A stretch of 39,612 bases of DNA from Deltaproteobacteria bacterium UBA796 (lineage in GTDB: Bacteria; Myxococcota_A; UBA796). The notes below the pieces were generated by a model. It saw only the letters and a list, made by a program, of their open reading frames with translations. It did no database searches and had not been told where the DNA came from. The stretch covers positions 1 to 39,612 of the forward strand of contig DBIS01000240.1 of the NCBI GenBank assembly GCA_002296975.1, given 5' to 3'. Position numbers and translations under genes: made by a program. Position 1 is the stretch's first letter. Every line of letters starts with the position of its first letter. This document shows, piece by piece, positions 16,208 through 24,951 of the stretch.

Positions 16208-18579
16208 CGCACCTCCAAAACATTCGGGTCAATGGGCCAAAGCCCTTCATCATCCAGCCACACCCGCACACCTGCGGGCACAACATACAAACGGAGCGGT
16301 CCGAGCCGGTCTTCGATCATCTCTGCGGCGATTCGCTCACGGGTGAGTCGCCGATACGGTGCACCATTGCGAGCAACAGAGCGAAACCACACATCGTAGC
16401 CGACCGCCTTGGCCCGGATACGATGTGAATCACCTTGAGCGCCTAGCACTTTCGCGACCGCCAAGCCGCGACTGCGCGGGATGAGGCCTGCCGAATAAGC
16501 CTCGGCTTGGTTTATCCGGGCCTTGCGTTCCTCGTCCGCACTGATAACGTCCAAAAATGAGGCCACAACAGGCGCCGGAACCCCAGCGCGTTTGAGGTGA
16601 ACCCCATCGATGGACACACCAAGCCCGGCGATGTCTGCCGCAGCCTGGGTGGCAGCGAGAACTTTGGCCTCGATCATGGCACGACCGTGGGTGAGCAAAG
16701 CGTCCTGATCAGCGTGCGCCACAACCTGAACCATCGCGGCTCGGGCCATGACCACCAAGGCCGCCTCGGCATCGGAGACGCCATAAGCATGGGCCTGGGC
16801 ATCGTTGACCCCGTACCGCAAAACGGCCGAAAGACTAATGATGGAGGGATCGCCAGTGAGCAACACCTGCTCACCCAAAACCAGATGTTTGGAGGCGCCG
16901 ACGTCAATCTGAGTAATGGTCTCAATCGGGGGGGGAAAATGAAATAAGAGCCCGGCACCTTGGGACTGTCGAACCGGTGCCCCAAAGCGCTCGACGATAC
17001 CCACATGGCCGATACCGACCACAGAAACACCACCGCCCAACCACAAGGCCAAAAGGACAACCCAGCGATGGCGATAAGCGAGCAGTTTGCTCACTGGCGC
17101 CTCTATCCGCCCATGTCCAGGTCTTGCACTCGCACCGGTGCCGCTTACAGCTGAGAGCACCGCGATGCCCCCACATAAGCCCAGCAAAAGGTTGGCCACC
17201 TCGGTGAGCAAGGCCGATAAACCATGACCGATCCATCCGAAAAATAAGGCCAAAGCCAAAATGATCAGCACCAACTGAAACACCGGGTGAGTGTCGCGGT
17301 CATCAGCAGCCTCGCCAGCCGCGCAGTAACGGTCCAAAGCGAGCACACCGATCAAGGCCAGGGAAAAACCCAGGGATGATGAGGGCTCCATACTGCCCGC
17401 AGCCTGTACCACCGACCACACAACCAAAGCGCCAAGCGCCGCGCCAAGCCAGCGGGTGAGGGATGTGAATCGGCCGTCCAAAAGCGAAGAGGCCGCCGCC
17501 GGCCCAAAACGAGCCAGCGAGCATAGACCCAATAAGGTCACGAGCGGGGCCACAGACCAGCCGCCAGACATCGCGCACACCGCACCGAGGTTCAATAAAA
17601 CCAAGCCGAGGCCGGCCCGAAATAAGCGACTGTTGCGTAATTCTACCGGGAGAAGAGCATCAAGTTCAGCCTCCGCTGAGTCGTGATCACCCCGCTGGGT
17701 CACCGCGTACAGCACCCCAACCCCGGCCAAAGCACCCCCGATCCATCCAATGGGAGCGAGCTGCTCCCCATACACAACCAAACCCAAGGTGGTCGCGAAC
17801 AACACCTCGCTCAAAGACAGCACCGCAGCCATACCCGCAGACACTTTTTTCATGCCGAGGTTCAGCAGATAAAAAGGAATATTGGTGCAAATGATGGCCA
17901 GCCCAAAAATCCAGACCAGAGAGGCAGGAGGCACGATAAAGCCGCCAAAGACCACGGCCACCACGGTCAACAACACAGCCGCCACGGTCCAAGCCACAAA
18001 GAGCGTGCCCAAAATAGGCGTCTCTTGTCGTCGGGTCATGCGGGTCAAAACGAGCACACCCGCGTAGCCAATAGCGGAGACGAAGGCTAAAAAGTCACCG
18101 AGTAAAAACCGCGAAGAGGCAAAGTGCGAGACCTGAAAAAGAGACACGCCCGAGAGCATCGCTACACCAAAAAGCGCGATTCCCGCACCGGTCACCGCTG
18201 CGGGGCCTGAGCGCTCTTTGAACAACCAAAACGCTAAAGGGAAAACCATAACGGGGGCGAGGTTGTGCAAAAATATGGTGTTGGCAACCGTGGTAAATGC
18301 GTAGCCTCCCACAAATGTGGAGGATGCAACCGCGAGGGCCAAACCCAGCCAAGCGCCCAGCTTTAAGGTGGTGGCATCGGGTTTGAGCGCTGCGGTGCCC
18401 CCCTCCCGAAGCATCGCGGTGATGGCAAAGACCACCGCGACGAAAATCGCCCGCCATGCCGCCACCCCAAGAATCGGTGCTGCGGCAGCGCGAGTGAACA
18501 CCGCCATCATCGAAAAGGCGAACATCGCCGCCAGAACAAGCAGCACTGGACGCGATGTAAGCGACCTTTCTGCTGGCAT
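16204..18579 (-). CDS. Fusion protein: DMT/EamA-type permease (N-terminal) + extra TM region + HflK-like SPFH domain (C-terminal)
   Basis: 791 aa. The first ~300 aa are a 10-TM EamA-like region, followed by ~200 aa with further TM helices and a TM anchor (WVVLLALWLGGGVSVVG). The SPFH domain follows: VGIVERFGAP..., LLTGDPSIISLSAVLRYGV, GVSIDGVHLKRAGVPAPVVASFLDV, AEAYSAGLIPRSRG. AGGAGG RBS lies upstream. Confidence 0.8.
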   Translation of the reverse strand: MPAERSLTSRPVLLVLAAMFAFSMMAVFTRAAAAPILGVAAWRAIFVAVVFAITAMLREGGTAALKPDATTLKLGAWLGLALAVASSTFVGGYAFTTVANTIFLHNLAPVMVFPLAFWLFKERSGPAAVTGAGIALFGVAMLSGVSLFQVSHFASSRFLLGDFLAFVSAIGYAGVLVLTRMTRRQETPILGTLFVAWTVAAVLLTVVAVVFGGFIVPPASLVWIFGLAIICTNIPFYLLNLGMKKVSAGMAAVLSLSEVLFATTLGLVVYGEQLAPIGWIGGALAGVGVLYAVTQRGDHDSAEAELDALLPVELRNSRLFRAGLGLVLLNLGAVCAMSGGWSVAPLVTLLGLCSLARFGPAAASSLLDGRFTSLTRWLGAALGALVVWSVVQAAGSMEPSSSLGFSLALIGVLALDRYCAAGEAADDRDTHPVFQLVLIILALALFFGWIGHGLSALLTEVANLLLGLCGGIAVLSAVSGTGASARPGHGRIEAPVSKLLAYRHRWVVLLALWLGGGVSVVGIGHVGIVERFGAPVRQSQGAGLLFHFPPPIETITQIDVGASKHLVLGEQVLLTGDPSIISLSAVLRYGVNDAQAHAYGVSDAEAALVVMARAAMVQVVAHADQDALLTHGRAMIEAKVLAATQAAADIAGLGVSIDGVHLKRAGVPAPVVASFLDVISADEERKARINQAEAYSAGLIPRSRGLAVAKVLGAQGDSHRIRAKAVGYDVWFRSVARNGAPYRRLTRERIAAEMIEDRLGPLRLYVVPAGVRVWLDDEGLWPIDPNVLEVR

Positions 18580-18597
18580 GGGTGCTACCTCCTAAAC

Positions 18598-18611
18598 CCT
18601 CGCGCGCGAGG
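18598..18611 (-). promoter_or_regulatory. 14-nt perfect GC-rich palindrome between the guanidino-modifying enzyme gene and the DMT-SPFH gene
   Basis: cctcgcgcgcgagg is its own reverse complement. On the minus strand it is followed by GTTTAGGAGG (RBS) and the ATG. Confidence 0.3.
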
Positions 18612-18627
18612 CCCACACATTGTACAG

Positions 18628-19578
18628 CTATCGCGAGCACTCACGGCGAATGATGGCTGTCAAACACCCCAAAGCACCCGCCGCTTCAACGTAGGCATCT
18701 ACCTTTAGGGTGTGAACAGACACACCATCATCGCGAAATTGGGCGGCCAACTCGGGGCAGCCAGATGGCATCACCAAGCTGTCGGGGCCGAGTACGACCA
18801 CATTCATGGCCCTTTTTTGCCGGTTTTCATCACTCGGTGGCACCACCAGGCGTTCCAACTCCCGCTCACAGAGAAGACGGTCGAGGGCTGGAGACATCCG
18901 CTCCCCATCCACGATCATCCGGGTCTTGCTCAGCGGCACCATCACACCGAGCAAATGTTGCGCACCGGCTGGAACAGGAAGCGCAATCACCTCAACCCCC
19001 ATCTCGGACAGCTGGTGGGTCAACCAGGCCAAGCCCGCAGGATTGGTTCGGGCACCGGTACCCACAAGCAAGGTTGAGGCATCCAGCCACAGGGTGTCTG
19101 CACCTTCAAATGTGGCCGTGCCTGTGGGGCTGGCAATGATTGCAATTCCCAAGGCCGAGAGCGCTTGGGTGACAAAACGGGCCTCTGCTGCGCGCACCGG
19201 TGATGCTGGCCGAGCGACAATAGCCCCAGACGGCGTCATCAAGAACAAGTCGCGCATAAACAGATAATTTAACGGCGGTGGTGTCTTTGGCGAATGACGA
19301 TGAACCGTCACCCCCACCGACTCGAAAAACCGCTCCACGCCATCACACTGCTCAACCAGCGCCGCGAGGTCCGGCCAACTCAGCATCATGTGCGCGTTGG
19401 GCTCGCCACCTTTCCCAAAGTCTGCGCTCGGTGTGCTGATCAACACATCGGTCAAGGGCGACCACTCATTGTGCATGCCGACCGTGCGCCACAGCAAGCC
19501 GCTGGCCACATCGTTTTCATGGGACTCAGGCCGCTTATCCCAGAGCTTTCCACCAAATGTTGCGGGCGTATCCACCAT
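18628..19578 (-). CDS. Guanidino-group-modifying enzyme superfamily protein (arginine deiminase/DDAH/amidinotransferase-like)
   Basis: FMRD, FEGADTL (EGGD-like) and QHLLGV (His) motifs, plus a C-terminal GALGCLT (catalytic Cys context). The ATG directly abuts the stop of the upstream gene. Confidence 0.75.
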   Translation of the reverse strand: MVDTPATFGGKLWDKRPESHENDVASGLLWRTVGMHNEWSPLTDVLISTPSADFGKGGEPNAHMMLSWPDLAALVEQCDGVERFFESVGVTVHRHSPKTPPPLNYLFMRDLFLMTPSGAIVARPASPVRAAEARFVTQALSALGIAIIASPTGTATFEGADTLWLDASTLLVGTGARTNPAGLAWLTHQLSEMGVEVIALPVPAGAQHLLGVMVPLSKTRMIVDGERMSPALDRLLCERELERLVVPPSDENRQKRAMNVVVLGPDSLVMPSGCPELAAQFRDDGVSVHTLKVDAYVEAAGALGCLTAIIRRECSR

Positions 19579-21240
19579 CTATTCTGGCTCCGAGGCCTTG
19601 AAATACCCCGATTTTTTCAGCTGAGCCTTGAAGGCAGGATCGTGCTTTAAAGCAACGGGGCTAGCCTTTTTAGCCGCCAAAGCCCGAAAGTCATCCCAAC
19701 GCCCTTGAAGCTCATCAACCACATCGGGGTATTCTCGAGCCAGATTTCGGGTTTGACCCGGATCGCTATCGAGGTTGAACAAACACTTAAAGGGCTCGCC
19801 GGGTGCGGGTGGAGGCAAGGGCCGCCCGGTCACACACATCAAAGGCTGCCGAAGCAAGGCCCAAGGTGGAGCGATCACAGCGCCGCGCATGACATCCCGT
19901 GGTGTCCAACTCACCCCACCCTCGATCAAGGTGGTGGTCCGAATGGTCGCTTTCGGCTGGGTAAACAGCGGAACCATGCTGGAACCATCAATCCCTGCTG
20001 GCGCCACCGCGCCCACCAATTCCAGCACCGTTGGGAGCAAGTCTACATGGCTCACCAAAGACGGAATGGCCGCTGCATTTCCGGCGAGACCTGGCACCCG
20101 AATCAGCAACGGCACCCGCACGACACCTTCGAAGTAGCTGTCTCCATGCAAAAATTCTTGATGCTCGCCCAAGGATTCACCGTGATCGGCCACCACAATC
20201 AAGATGGTCTTGTCCAAACGACCGGTGCGCTCGAGCACATCCAAGACCGCAGCGATATCGGCATCGAGCCGGCCCATGCTCTGTGCATAATATCCACGCC
20301 ACGCTGCCAAGCCCTCTGGACCTGACCGTCGGAGGGCATTTTGGAGCGCGTTGGGCCCCTGACTGACCCCGACACCTTGAGTTGCGGTGCCGCCAGATAC
20401 ACCTGGGCGCACCGCGTCTGAGGATGTTGGCGACAAATCATCCCCCCACAACGCCGCCCCGATGCCCGTGGGGTCTCCTCCAGGCTTCGGAGGGGCCACC
20501 ACAAAAGGAAAATGGGCCGTGCGGGTGTGGAACATCGCAAATATTCGCTGACTGGCCGGCGCAGACGCTATCCAAGACACCAATGGTGCTGCAGATAAGG
20601 CGGTCCCCGTTGGGCCTGAGCGTTGGCGCCCATCTGGCTGGTCTGAGGGGGCTTCAATGATTTCGAGGTGCTGAAATCCTTTGTCGAGACCGTACTCTGG
20701 GCGAAACCCGCTGGCCGCGTTGATGGTAAACCCAGCGGTACTGTACCCATAAAGGCCCAAAATCTCGGGCAGCGTAGAGACGTCGGAGACCAGGCCTTTG
20801 TCCCAACCCACAACCCCAGTCGAGCTACCAAAACGTCCGGTGAGGATGGCCGTCAAGCTGGCGAGGGTGAAATTGCTTGCCGAATAGGCGGCCCCAAAAT
20901 GGTAGCCCCCTTCGGCCACCCGACTCAGCGCAGGTGTGAGGCCTCGGTCTTGGTACACATCAACATGATCCCGCCGAACCGAACACATGGTGATCAACAC
21001 CACATCGCAATCCGGGCACAGCGCATCTTTACCCAACGAATCAGAGGCTTTTGGCGCCTCAGAAACCCATGTTCCGGCACCGCCCCGCACCAAAGGCCGT
21101 GACGATGGTGGTGGAGCCTGGTGAGCCTCGGCGCTTTTACTTGCAGTAGAGGGCGCTGATGGCACATCTGCGCTTGGGTTTTGACACCCAAAGATCGTGA
21201 CCAGAAAAATGGTAAAAACAGCTCGCATCTCAGCCAGCAT
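19579..21240 (-). CDS. Sulfatase-fold (alkaline phosphatase superfamily) lipoprotein with Thr at the nucleophile position
   Basis: Signal peptide with lipobox-like TIFGC. Sulfatase-fold blocks LTPALSRVAEGGYHF and IVVADHGESLGEH. FTLASLTAILTGR sits where C-x-P-x-R is expected. An alternative ATG lies at 21228. Confidence 0.8.
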   Translation of the reverse strand: MLAEMRAVFTIFLVTIFGCQNPSADVPSAPSTASKSAEAHQAPPPSSRPLVRGGAGTWVSEAPKASDSLGKDALCPDCDVVLITMCSVRRDHVDVYQDRGLTPALSRVAEGGYHFGAAYSASNFTLASLTAILTGRFGSSTGVVGWDKGLVSDVSTLPEILGLYGYSTAGFTINAASGFRPEYGLDKGFQHLEIIEAPSDQPDGRQRSGPTGTALSAAPLVSWIASAPASQRIFAMFHTRTAHFPFVVAPPKPGGDPTGIGAALWGDDLSPTSSDAVRPGVSGGTATQGVGVSQGPNALQNALRRSGPEGLAAWRGYYAQSMGRLDADIAAVLDVLERTGRLDKTILIVVADHGESLGEHQEFLHGDSYFEGVVRVPLLIRVPGLAGNAAAIPSLVSHVDLLPTVLELVGAVAPAGIDGSSMVPLFTQPKATIRTTTLIEGGVSWTPRDVMRGAVIAPPWALLRQPLMCVTGRPLPPPAPGEPFKCLFNLDSDPGQTRNLAREYPDVVDELQGRWDDFRALAAKKASPVALKHDPAFKAQLKKSGYFKASEPE

Positions 21241-21287
21241 AGCGCGCAGCTATGGCTCAAGTCCCGCCCTTCGAGTAATAGGGGCCA

Positions 21288-22385
21288 ATGTTATTGCTTT
21301 CTCTCGCCATCTGGACCTTGACTCCGACCCTCGCAGCCTCCCCGGTCGAAGACTGCCGCGCCACGGCCAATACATGGATCGATGGGCTGATGTCCCACGG
21401 TTGCCCACCGCTCAGCCGCTACCGGAATGCTGCGATGGCCGCGTGTACAACCATCGATCCCGAGGGTTGGACCCGCGCGCGAAAGTCTGCGCGAAAAGCC
21501 TTGTTGCGCGAATGTGCCCCCACAATCGAGGGCTTCCCCGGCGCTATGGCCACTTTAGATGATGGACGCACCCTTTCTCATTGCAGCGAACTGTTGATGA
21601 TGATGCGGGAACACCCTCCTGAGGCCGAGATATTAACAAAGAGCACTGTGGGTCTCGATGGTATGACCGCCGCGGTCGGTGCAGCTTTATTTGCCTGCCT
21701 GGACCCAAAAAATATCGCAGTGTGCCGTTTGCCCGCCTCAACGCACACCCCAGCGGACATCATAAAAACTCGAATTACCGCCTGTGAGGCCATTGAAAAT
21801 CCGCCTTTTGACACCACAATGAAGTCTTTGGTCTGGCACAGCGGACTTCTCGCCGTAGACCCGAGCACTCAGCGAGGCTTACTCCAAAATATTTTGACCG
21901 AGCAAGCGCGGCTCAAAGCACAGCGGGAACAGGCGTTATTGGATTTTAAGGCGGCCCGTTCCGCTGAGCTTGACCGGGCCAAAAACATGGCCAACACTTG
22001 CATGATGATGCCCGGTGAAATGAATACGGTCGAAGAGACCGATGCTGCGACCGAGGCCTGCACCGAACTCCTAAAACTGTGGCGAGGAGAGGACCGTGGC
22101 CGAATAGAGCTTGAGGCATCCGGTAGGCTGGCGGAGCCCTACCTCACGCGCCTCAAAGGTAAAATTCTCAATGGCGACACCTACAATGTAGGGGATAAAT
22201 CCCGCATCATGAGTCGACCCGATGTGCTCAAGCTCCGGCGCATCAACTTGGTTGACCTCCAGTTCAAAGCGCTGATCGAGACGGATGTATCGGCCGCCGA
22301 GGCGTGGCTGACCTTACATCGCGATCAGATGGACCCACAATGGGTGGCCAACGCACTCGACCAGGTACTCGCCGCGAGCATGTAG
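21288..22385 (+). CDS. Hypothetical secreted protein
   Basis: 365 aa with N-terminal signal-like MLLLSLAIWTLTPTLAAS. Several Cys residues and a helical, charged C-terminal half. No motif recognised. Confidence 0.6.
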   Translation: MLLLSLAIWTLTPTLAASPVEDCRATANTWIDGLMSHGCPPLSRYRNAAMAACTTIDPEGWTRARKSARKALLRECAPTIEGFPGAMATLDDGRTLSHCSELLMMMREHPPEAEILTKSTVGLDGMTAAVGAALFACLDPKNIAVCRLPASTHTPADIIKTRITACEAIENPPFDTTMKSLVWHSGLLAVDPSTQRGLLQNILTEQARLKAQREQALLDFKAARSAELDRAKNMANTCMMMPGEMNTVEETDAATEACTELLKLWRGEDRGRIELEASGRLAEPYLTRLKGKILNGDTYNVGDKSRIMSRPDVLKLRRINLVDLQFKALIETDVSAAEAWLTLHRDQMDPQWVANALDQVLAASM

Positions 22386-22408
22386 CCGGACGGTTTTAGC
22401 CGCCGCCA

Positions 22409-23140
22409 CTATCGATACTGAAACTCGCTTTTACCCACGGTGAAGGTGTCTCCCGTACTGAGGGTTTGGGCGGTGGCAACCTTGCTGCCGTTCACCGTCA
22501 GGCCAAAAAACATACCGCTCTCACGGCGCAGCTCATGGGCTTGGCCCGTCCACATCAATGTAGCAGCACCACCTAAACCACCGCCCTTGATCGCCAGGCC
22601 GCCCTTTCCGAAGCGCAAGCCCTCATCCCCGAGCGCAATCGCCTCGCCTGAGTCTACCGAGATCACGGTCGCTTCCGCTTGTGGCATGGCCCCGACCTCA
22701 GCATTTTGAAGCTGAACGCAGTCTAAAATGGTGGTGGCGTGGGCGTCTTCACCATCTTCAGCCGACACCTTTCTCATGAAGCCGGTCCGCTCATCAGCGG
22801 TGCTGTACACCTTCATCTCGCCCTCGGGGTCATCCACAGGGCGGGCCACTTTCTCTTCGAAGCTGAGCAAAAATTTACCGATTTGCAGGGTGTCACCGTG
22901 ATGAAGCGCCACAGAACTGACCGCTTTACCGTTGACCAAGGTGCCATTTTGGCTCTCTAAATCCACGACTGTATACCCATCGTCACCGCTGCGATCGACC
23001 CGAGCGTGATGACGGCTCACTGAGATATCTGGCAGAAGCAGGTCTGTGCCCTTTCCCCGACCGATGATCACCGAAGGCTGCAACAGGCGAAACACCTGTG
23101 GGCTACGGCCTTTTCTCTGAATCACAAGCATAAAGGCCAT
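22409..23140 (-). CDS. FHA domain-containing protein
   Basis: N-terminal FHA: VIIGRGKGTDLLLPDISVSRHHARV...VVDLESQNGTLVNGK...GDTLQIG. The C-terminal ~90 aa look like a degenerate second FHA-like beta module (LTVNGSKV...GDTFTVG). Confidence 0.8.
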   Translation of the reverse strand: MAFMLVIQRKGRSPQVFRLLQPSVIIGRGKGTDLLLPDISVSRHHARVDRSGDDGYTVVDLESQNGTLVNGKAVSSVALHHGDTLQIGKFLLSFEEKVARPVDDPEGEMKVYSTADERTGFMRKVSAEDGEDAHATTILDCVQLQNAEVGAMPQAEATVISVDSGEAIALGDEGLRFGKGGLAIKGGGLGGAATLMWTGQAHELRRESGMFFGLTVNGSKVATAQTLSTGDTFTVGKSEFQYR

Positions 23141-23325
23141 CTCAGCAAATCTCCCCAGTCAACTAAGCTTATCCCGCCTTGTTGGTTTAGTGAATAATCG
23201 AAAGGAAGGAATCCGCCCCAACACATCGCTGTCTTCCATTCGAAACAAAAAAAAAGACAAGGAATGCTGAGGCGCAACCTCGGCGGGGGCGACACGATAA
23301 GCAGTTGACTCAAACCGGAGATCCC

Positions 23326-24444
23326 ATGAAATTCTGGCTCCTTTTCAGCCTGATCGGCTGCGAGATGACCCCCAATTACGTCGACTCGAAAGACATCGAA
23401 CAAGCCTCCACCCGACAGGCTTGGCCCACGGTCTGCAAAGGGCTCGAGATGAGTGAGGAGCGGATTCGACGCTACGCCGCAGAAACCTTGTTGAAGCACA
23501 ATATGGCCGACGAAGATCGTGCGTGCATCTGTGAGCACATCCAAACCCCCGAAGGCGGCTACGACAGCGCCATCGCTGAGGGCCTGCAAGGCAGCGATAA
23601 TGAGACCGTGGCCGCTTGCTTCGGCAGCTTGGTCCAAAACCAGCAGTTGAACAAACGCCTCGAAGCCGTGATCGCCTTTGCCAGGCTGGCCGCACCCTCG
23701 GTCCGTCAAACCCTAGCAACGATCGCTTTGGCACCAGGAGACTTAGCGGTGCGTGTGCGAGCGACCGACAGCATCGGTGGCGACCCCAAGTACAAAGAGG
23801 CGCTCATGACCCTGTTGGACGCACCCGAAAAAGAGCTTCGCGCTGGCGCCGCCACAGGATTATCGGGCCATAAAGACAAAGCCATCGTGGCCAAACTGAT
23901 CGCTGTGGCAACAAAAGATCCTGAGGGCGAGGTCAGGGCCAAGGCCTTGGTTTCGGTCAAACGGTCGGGCGTCTCCCAAGCCCAAGCCATGGTCTGTACC
24001 GCCATGCTCGACGATGAATCACCCGCCGTAAGAGAAGCCGCGGTCCGAAGCTTCAAGGGCACACGCCGCGACAGTGCGGTGAAGTGTTTGCGCACCAAAG
24101 CCTTTAAAGAAGAGACCGACGCCACCGTTCGCGACGCCCTGCTGGCTGTGCTCAAATCCAGCCCCAACGACAACGCGGCCTTGGTGCTTTGCGACGCCAT
24201 CCCATTTTGGATGCGGACCTACGTCAAAGACGACATCCCCGACAAAATTCCCGGCACCATGATTGTAAAAACTCAAAATGACCGGGACTGGAAGCGCTCA
24301 TATGAATGTTTCCAACGGGCCTACAGCCGCTCATCTGGATATTCATGCTTTGCCAAAATGCATGTGGGCCTGTGGTTCCGTGAAGTTGGCGGTAAAAACT
24401 ATGTGCCCAGTTGCCCTGGGTACGAAAACACAGATGACAAATAG
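23326..24444 (+). CDS. HEAT-repeat lipoprotein
   Basis: MKFWLLFSLIGC lipobox with GGAG 7 nt upstream of ATG 23326. Repeated helical units with the D/E-x-x-VR-x-x-A pattern (EGEVRAKALVS, SPAVREAAVRS, DATVRDALLAV). Confidence 0.7.
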   Translation: MKFWLLFSLIGCEMTPNYVDSKDIEQASTRQAWPTVCKGLEMSEERIRRYAAETLLKHNMADEDRACICEHIQTPEGGYDSAIAEGLQGSDNETVAACFGSLVQNQQLNKRLEAVIAFARLAAPSVRQTLATIALAPGDLAVRVRATDSIGGDPKYKEALMTLLDAPEKELRAGAATGLSGHKDKAIVAKLIAVATKDPEGEVRAKALVSVKRSGVSQAQAMVCTAMLDDESPAVREAAVRSFKGTRRDSAVKCLRTKAFKEETDATVRDALLAVLKSSPNDNAALVLCDAIPFWMRTYVKDDIPDKIPGTMIVKTQNDRDWKRSYECFQRAYSRSSGYSCFAKMHVGLWFREVGGKNYVPSCPGYENTDDK

Positions 24445-24452
24445 GACACACC

Positions 24453-24893
24453 ATGGCCTCACTTATCGACCTCGCTGAAGACCCAACCAAACGCCGCGCT
24501 ATCGTCGATGGTGCCGTCCTCTTGCTCAACAGCGAAGTGGCTGCCAAACGTGGATTTTCCGGCAAAGCGGTGAAGTTGGCCTTTCGCGCAGTGAAAAGTG
24601 TCAACCCTGGCATGATCCCCATGAGCATCGACGCGCTCCTCGACGATTTTTGCGCGCAAATGCAGCCATTTTGGGAGGCCGCTCAAAACTCAGTCCAAAC
24701 CACACGGGTGTACTTCAACGCCAACGGTGACGCCATCGCCAACGCCCTGTTGAGTATCACCGATGAGCGGGCCAAAAACAGCACACAACGGGTGCTCAGA
24801 GGCGCGTACTCCAAGCTTCGCGGGCAGGCAGTCAAGCACATCACCGCCTCCATGAGCGGACTCGCCGATTTGATCGAAAAACACGCATCCTGA
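24453..24893 (+). CDS. Hypothetical protein
   Basis: 146-aa ORF 8 nt after the previous stop, in coding-like frame. No motif recognised. Confidence 0.55.
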   Translation: MASLIDLAEDPTKRRAIVDGAVLLLNSEVAAKRGFSGKAVKLAFRAVKSVNPGMIPMSIDALLDDFCAQMQPFWEAAQNSVQTTRVYFNANGDAIANALLSITDERAKNSTQRVLRGAYSKLRGQAVKHITASMSGLADLIEKHAS

Positions 24894-24951
24894 CGCCTCT
24901 TTGACCATAAAAAGAGGAATTGGCTGCTATCTTGCCCACAATGGAGTCATC

